From Pyrodictium delaneyi (lineage in GTDB: Archaea > Thermoproteota > Thermoprotei_A > Sulfolobales > Pyrodictiaceae): a stretch of DNA of 32,000 bases. Below are positions 27,463 to 32,000 of this stretch, piece by piece. A model generated the notes under the pieces. It had not been told where the DNA came from. It did no database searches and saw only the letters and a list, made by a program, of their open reading frames with translations. The DNA lies in the NCBI RefSeq assembly GCF_001412615.1, contig NZ_CP013011.1, forward strand, positions 1,260,001 to 1,292,000, in the 5' to 3' direction. Each line of letters begins with the position of its first letter. Position 1 is the first letter of the stretch. A program made the position numbers and the translations under genes.

Positions 27463-28938
27463 ATGTGTAGCAGAGGGATGGACACAATGGGTTCTGTAGA
27501 TGAGAAGGCTGGGACCCGGAGGAAGCTCAAGAAGATACTCGTCACGCTTATCGAGGGCCACGCCTTCGTAATATTCAAGACCGGCAGGGACGGCCGTGTA
27601 GAGGACGTACTCTACGAGGGAGTAGACACCAGGATGTTCGAAACAATGTGGATAGGTATGATGATCGACGAGCTGCCCCGGGTAACCCCTATGATATGCG
27701 GCGTCTGTAGCGCTACCCACCACATAGCCAGCGTGAAGGCTGCAGACGGTGTGCGGGGTGCAGAAGTCCCCGAGGATGCGTGGCGTATCCGCTACATGAT
27801 AAACCTAGGTATACATCTTAACAACCAGGCACTTCACCCACTAGTCTTTGGCCTCCCAGATTTCCTCCCCGTGGATGTTGAGAAGCGGAGTATGCTAGCC
27901 CTCGCCAAAAAGTACCCGGAGCTGGTCAAGGCTGGCGTAAGGATAATGGAGCTTGGCCACAGAGTCGTAGCAGTGTACGGTGGCAGGGATATACACCCGA
28001 TAAACGCTATTCCCGGCGGTGTAGCCCGTAAGCCCTCTAGCGAGGAGATTGGGAAGCTAAGGGATCTATTCGAGAAGCATCGTGGCGACCTAGAAGTGTT
28101 TGCCAAGACTGCTATAAAGATAATGGAGGAGTCCAAGGACAAGATAGAGACGTATAAGCCAGGCTATAGCTACATGATGGCCGTGGCCGGGGAGAACGGC
28201 GAATACGACATAGTCAACGGCCGCGTGAGGATAATAGACGCTAAGACCGGCTCCGTGGTAGCAGAGTTCAGCGATCGTACCACCGAGTACCTCAAGTACC
28301 TCAAGGAGTACACAGTACCCTACAGCTACATTAGAATGGTCACGACTAAATGGAGAGCCCAGAACCCCCGTGAGGGCACGATACACGTCAGTGCCCTCGC
28401 CCGCGCAAACATAGTCAAGAGCTATGGTGTGGAGTGGGCAGACGAGCTCCGCGACCGGCTCTTCGAGGAATGGGGTCGGCCACTTAACCATCCGTTGCTC
28501 GCGACATACCTCCGCGTAGTAGAGACAATAGCACTATACGAGACAATATCCCGGGAACTTGAGAAGCCTCTTGGCGATAACATATACACACCACCACTAA
28601 GAGATACGGGTGAAGGCGTAGGTGTCATAGAGGCGCCAAGGGGTACACTCATCCACCACTACCGCGGCGAGGAGGGCAAGACAACATTCGTCAACATAAT
28701 AACTCCTACGGCGATAAACGCTGCGGCTATAGAGGCTGACCTCCGCGACTACTTCGTCGGTAAGCGGCTAGACGAGATGAGGGACCGCGACGTCTACGCC
28801 GCAGCAGTAGCCATAGCCCGCAGCTACGACCCTTGTATGGCCTGTGCTACACACGCCACATACACGGGCAAGGTGTCACCGATAAGGATAGTCGTAGCAG
28901 ATGAGAACTGGAAGCCAATACGAGTCATAAAACCCTAG
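27463..28938 (+). CDS. [NiFe]-hydrogenase large subunit
   Basis: N-terminal Ni-binding motif ICGVCSATHH and C-terminal motif DPCMACATH, followed by a 27-aa tail of the kind removed by a maturation endopeptidase. LIEGH lies near the N-terminus. The start is ambiguous among several ATGs at 27463-27487. Confidence 0.9.
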   Translation: MCSRGMDTMGSVDEKAGTRRKLKKILVTLIEGHAFVIFKTGRDGRVEDVLYEGVDTRMFETMWIGMMIDELPRVTPMICGVCSATHHIASVKAADGVRGAEVPEDAWRIRYMINLGIHLNNQALHPLVFGLPDFLPVDVEKRSMLALAKKYPELVKAGVRIMELGHRVVAVYGGRDIHPINAIPGGVARKPSSEEIGKLRDLFEKHRGDLEVFAKTAIKIMEESKDKIETYKPGYSYMMAVAGENGEYDIVNGRVRIIDAKTGSVVAEFSDRTTEYLKYLKEYTVPYSYIRMVTTKWRAQNPREGTIHVSALARANIVKSYGVEWADELRDRLFEEWGRPLNHPLLATYLRVVETIALYETISRELEKPLGDNIYTPPLRDTGEGVGVIEAPRGTLIHHYRGEEGKTTFVNIITPTAINAAAIEADLRDYFVGKRLDEMRDRDVYAAAVAIARSYDPCMACATHATYTGKVSPIRIVVADENWKPIRVIKP

Positions 28939-28953
28939 AGGGGTGGGCTAGAG

Positions 28954-29220
28954 ATGCCCGTGCAGACAGTTACGATAAAGATACGTGTCGATAGGTGCAA
29001 GAAGTGCCTCAACTGTGTGAGGGTGTGTACAGCCTTCGACGGTGTCTACGAGGAGGGCCCTGACGGCTACCCGGTGGTAGCCAGACCCGAGGAGTGCGTC
29101 CAGTGCCTCATATGCCATACGGTGTGCCCGACCAACGCTATAGTACACGAGAACTACCGGAAGACTATGCTGATAAACCCTGATGAGGCCATAGTGCAGC
29201 GCTACCGTAACATGATATAG
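28954..29220 (+). CDS. 2x[4Fe-4S] ferredoxin-type protein
   Basis: It has two motifs, CKKCLNCVRVC and CVQCLICHTVCP. 88 aa. It lies 15 nt after the large subunit and is preceded by gaggggtgg. Confidence 0.8.
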   Translation: MPVQTVTIKIRVDRCKKCLNCVRVCTAFDGVYEEGPDGYPVVARPEECVQCLICHTVCPTNAIVHENYRKTMLINPDEAIVQRYRNMI

Positions 29221-29275
29221 CACGTCAATATTGTTTCCTGCCTCGCGCCCGGGGGCCTATTCCTCGGGGCTCCAT

Positions 29276-31081
29276 TCAGTTCTCTGTGTCCTCCTCCCGG
29301 GGACTAGCCCGGCTAAGGTACTCCAGGTAGCGGGGGCAGCTATACGCGTTGTCGAGTACCAGTCGAAGTACCTCTCTGCTTTCCACCCGGTAGCTATAGG
29401 TGAGCCGAGCGAGCCTAACTAGGCCCCGGCCTACGGGCACTTGGGCTGTAAACGCTATGCGTGTGAATAATCCTTCGCGTGCTAGGAGCCTTTCTAGCCG
29501 CTCGAACACCCTTCTATAGGTTCCTCGGAGCCCGGCGAGCTTCTCCCCGTCGCGATAGGCGGTTATTCTAGCCTCTAGCTCGGTGTTAGGCTCTAGAGCG
29601 TCGGGGTACAGCTGGTAGAGCTTCTCTAGGGCCGAGCGGGCAGCGTAGACACGGCCCATGTGGGTGTAGATGTAGACGACGAGGCCCCTGGCTTGGAGCC
29701 ATTCCAGGGCCTCCCGGGCCCTGGGGATGGGCATGCCTAGCGCCCGTGCTATTACGTCGAGAGGTGCTGGCTGCTCCTCTATAGCCTCTAGGACGCGGCG
29801 CCGGCGGCTGAAACTCCAGACGTACTCTACTACCCCAGGGTCTATGTTGACGTGGATCCCGGCACGTTGAGCTTCCAATAAACCGTCGATAAGACTATCT
29901 ACATCCACTGTATCGGGAGTAACGATGAACACTACCCAGCGTGGCCTCTTTCTCGCTGCATCAGTGGCACGGAGTACACGGCCAAGCCTCTGAATGAACC
30001 GGAGTGGGCTAGCAGTGTGGCTCCACACTATGAGAAGACTCGCCTCAGGTAGGTCTATGCCCTCCTCGCCCGCGCTAGTGGAGACTACGATGCGTGTTTC
30101 GGGCCTCCGGGCTATCTCTAGCGCCTTCTTAGGGTCGATCCGGTGACGGCCCAGGATGAGAGCCGGGTTATACTCGCTTAGTATCTCTGCGATATGTTCT
30201 GCAATAACTACCCTATCTACGAAGATTATTGCCTTGTCGAAGCCCTCGTGGTCCCGGAGCACCCTCTCCAGGGCATCCAGCTTATGGGCGGGCCTCACGT
30301 CCCCGCTATAGAGGAGCCTTCTTGCCTCTTCGGGGACTAGGCTCCTTAGCCTCTGGCTTCTTTCGAGGCTCTCCCGGAGCGCGAGCGCGCCGTCGCGGAC
30401 AAACCACCTGATAGCGTTGCCGAGGAGGCTCCGGTTGCTTCCAGAGGCATTGTCCCAGGCGTCCTCGAGGATCATGTAGAGCTGCATCTCGGCATCGTTC
30501 AAGGGTGACTCGTATACTTCGGCCTCCCAAGCCGGTATGTAGCGGGCGAGCCTAGGATCATCCCATCCCCAGCATCGTATCTTGCCTATAAGCTCCTCTA
30601 TCTCCTCCTTCCTGCTAGGCGGTACGTAGGCGGTTAGGCCTAGTCTCCAGCGGAACTGGTACCCCGCCATCACCTTCTTGTAGGCATCCTGGCCCGTAGT
30701 ATGGTGGCACTCGTCGACCACGACTGCGTCGAAGCCCTGGCTCCTGAACTCCTCCCACTCCGCTACCACTATCTCCGGCGTAGCTACTACTATCCGGCTT
30801 CTCCAGCCCCTGCTCCTCTCTCCCCTGCTCAGACTCCCGTGAACCGGTGCAGCGTCGAGGCCCTGGCTCCGGAGGAACCTCGCGCTCTGCTCTACCAGGA
30901 ACCTAGTAGGCTCGAGAACTAGCACGCGGCGGGCACGTCCGCTGCGGAGCAGCTCCTCTATCCAGAGCACAGCTACCAGAGTCTTCCCGGCACCGGTAGG
31001 CATGCATACGACGGCTGCTTCTTCGCGGAGCGCCCACTCAGCAGCCTCGCGCTGGTAGTCCCTCGGCCTTAGCCGCGCCAC
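29276..31081 (-). CDS. SF2 DEAH/ResIII-type helicase with a C-terminal winged-helix and an extra ~130-aa domain
   Basis: DYQREAA, motif I MPTGAGKT, motif II VVDECHH, motif III LGLTAY, motif VI FIQRLGRVLR. This is followed by the wHTH-like block RRRVLEAIEEQPAPLDVIARALGMPIPRAREALEWLQARGLV and an unassigned C-terminal domain. Confidence 0.85.
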   Translation of the reverse strand: MARLRPRDYQREAAEWALREEAAVVCMPTGAGKTLVAVLWIEELLRSGRARRVLVLEPTRFLVEQSARFLRSQGLDAAPVHGSLSRGERSRGWRSRIVVATPEIVVAEWEEFRSQGFDAVVVDECHHTTGQDAYKKVMAGYQFRWRLGLTAYVPPSRKEEIEELIGKIRCWGWDDPRLARYIPAWEAEVYESPLNDAEMQLYMILEDAWDNASGSNRSLLGNAIRWFVRDGALALRESLERSQRLRSLVPEEARRLLYSGDVRPAHKLDALERVLRDHEGFDKAIIFVDRVVIAEHIAEILSEYNPALILGRHRIDPKKALEIARRPETRIVVSTSAGEEGIDLPEASLLIVWSHTASPLRFIQRLGRVLRATDAARKRPRWVVFIVTPDTVDVDSLIDGLLEAQRAGIHVNIDPGVVEYVWSFSRRRRVLEAIEEQPAPLDVIARALGMPIPRAREALEWLQARGLVVYIYTHMGRVYAARSALEKLYQLYPDALEPNTELEARITAYRDGEKLAGLRGTYRRVFERLERLLAREGLFTRIAFTAQVPVGRGLVRLARLTYSYRVESREVLRLVLDNAYSCPRYLEYLSRASPREEDTEN

Positions 31082-31168
31082 CTAGCCGCTCCCCTAGCCC
31101 TGGTTATGTCCTCGATGTGGGATGTCCTTCTGAGAAGTGTGAGGACAGTTGAGGGTAAAGAAGAGGGG

Positions 31169-32000
31169 TTAGCTGAGGTACTGTACAGCCTCCTTCATTA
31201 CCTCGGCGTAGAGGGTTACGGTGTCGCGGTACTTTGTCTCCGGTATACCGGTGTAGATGAGATGCATCCTTAGTGGTAACTCCTTCTCCCGGACCTCCTT
31301 CACCATGAACCTGGCGAGGGCTCGTGCCAGCGGTGCTAGGTCTGGGTAGCCCTTGCCGAGGGGCACGCGCTTCTTGAGTATCCTTCTGCCGAGCGCGAAG
31401 CCTACCACCTGGCTGAAGCGGAGCGAGAGGAAGCCGTGGCTCAACTCTAGGGTCTTGCGGAGTATGTTGGTCCAGAACGCCTCGTCCGCCATGAGGTTGG
31501 CTTGCTCGAAGTCGCCGTGCTCGCTAGCCCCAGTCTCGAGCATCCATGCGTTCTCTAGCTGTACGGAGACTATCAGCCGCTCCTCTCCAACCATCTCCCT
31601 TAGGGCCTTTATCTCGTCCCAGAGGCCGAGCATCCGCTGCGTATAGGGCACCTCGACGCTGATAACCATGCCCTCACCGGCCTCCTCGGCTAGCCTCTTC
31701 AGCACGTCGGCGGCTACCTCGAGGTCCCGGTGGTCCATGTAGGCGCGCCAGCCTAGGTGGAGGTTGAATACCTCGGCGCCTGCTAGCCGCGCCTTCCTGA
31801 CAGCGGCTACTAGGGCCTTGACCGTCCTCTCCTGCACGTACTTGTTGGTGGAGACCACGTTGTAGTAGGGGGCGTGCGCGGTAACTGTGGTGAACGCCTT
31901 TGAGGCGAACTCGCGGTACTGTTGGAAGTAGTCCTCGCCCCGGCTACGCCGGGCAAAGTCGTAGGGCGGGATCTCCGTGAGCTTAGTGCCGAGTGCCGCT
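31169..32000 (-). CDS. Xylose-isomerase-like / Endo IV-like (AP endonuclease family 2) TIM-barrel protein; the N-terminus lies beyond the window
   Basis: The track starts it at GTG 31858. My hand translation shows the frame stays open to 32000 (...AALGTKLTEIPPYDFARRSRGEDYFQQYREFASKAFTTVTAHAPYYNVVSTNKY...). The blocks AHAPYYN, NLHLGW and VQLENAW resemble the Endo IV/TIM-barrel pattern. Confidence 0.6.
   Translation of the reverse strand, partial: AALGTKLTEIPPYDFARRSRGEDYFQQYREFASKAFTTVTAHAPYYNVVSTNKYVQERTVKALVAAVRKARLAGAEVFNLHLGWRAYMDHRDLEVAADVLKRLAEEAGEGMVISVEVPYTQRMLGLWDEIKALREMVGEERLIVSVQLENAWMLETGASEHGDFEQANLMADEAFWTNILRKTLELSHGFLSLRFSQVVGFALGRRILKKRVPLGKGYPDLAPLARALARFMVKEVREKELPLRMHLIYTGIPETKYRDTVTLYAEVMKEAVQYLS

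Noticed and set aside
27229-27723. 164-aa minus-strand ORF spanning the small/large subunit junction, plus other antisense ORFs such as 17472..17702, 18134..18550 and 28090..28491
   Set aside because: All lie antisense to genes with strong motif support, and their composition is typical of shadow ORFs in GC-rich coding DNA.
1-32000. tRNA, rRNA, IS element or integrase search
   Set aside because: By eye I found no T-loop (GTTCRAATC) or its complement in any spacer, and no transposase- or integrase-like ORF. This was a manual scan only, so tRNAscan-SE or Infernal would be needed for a definitive answer.

Overview
This is a gene-dense chromosomal segment that reads as a hyperthermophile-style archaeon, probably a crenarchaeote. 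Support: an A-type ATPase, ribosomal protein eS26, archaeal DTD2, an archaeal-type ProRS, AT-rich TATA-like boxes, many GTG/TTG starts, and convergent genes with touching or overlapping stops. No species is assigned.

Gene order:
- A split A1Ao ATP synthase locus: atpI on the minus strand, divergent from atpF-E-A-B-D, then an antisense dtdA, then atpK.
- proS, a small RHH protein, a frameshifted class I methyltransferase, a TrmY-like SPOUT methyltransferase and rps26e.
- An HD-domain phosphohydrolase, a small winged-helix protein and a Cys-containing membrane protein.
- A five-gene Liv-type branched-chain amino-acid ABC transporter on the minus strand, with unusually long structured spacers.
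- An M48 peptidase, an MFS transporter, and a visibly low-GC tatA/tatC pair.
- A four-gene cytoplasmic [NiFe]-hydrogenase operon: unknown tandem V4R-like protein, small subunit, large subunit, 2x[4Fe-4S] ferredoxin.
- An SF2 helicase with a C-terminal winged helix, downstream of an Endo IV-like TIM-barrel gene that runs off the window.

I found no rRNA, tRNA, CRISPR array or recognisable mobile element.

Most interesting items:
- The uncharacterised protein translationally coupled to the hydrogenase.
- The helicase/TIM-barrel pair.
- A repeated 13-mer and a 14-bp long-range stem in the liv leader and spacer.
- A C/D-box-like element in an unexplained 310-nt spacer.
- A G5-run frameshift in the methyltransferase.

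All family assignments come from motifs read by eye. None has been checked against a database.
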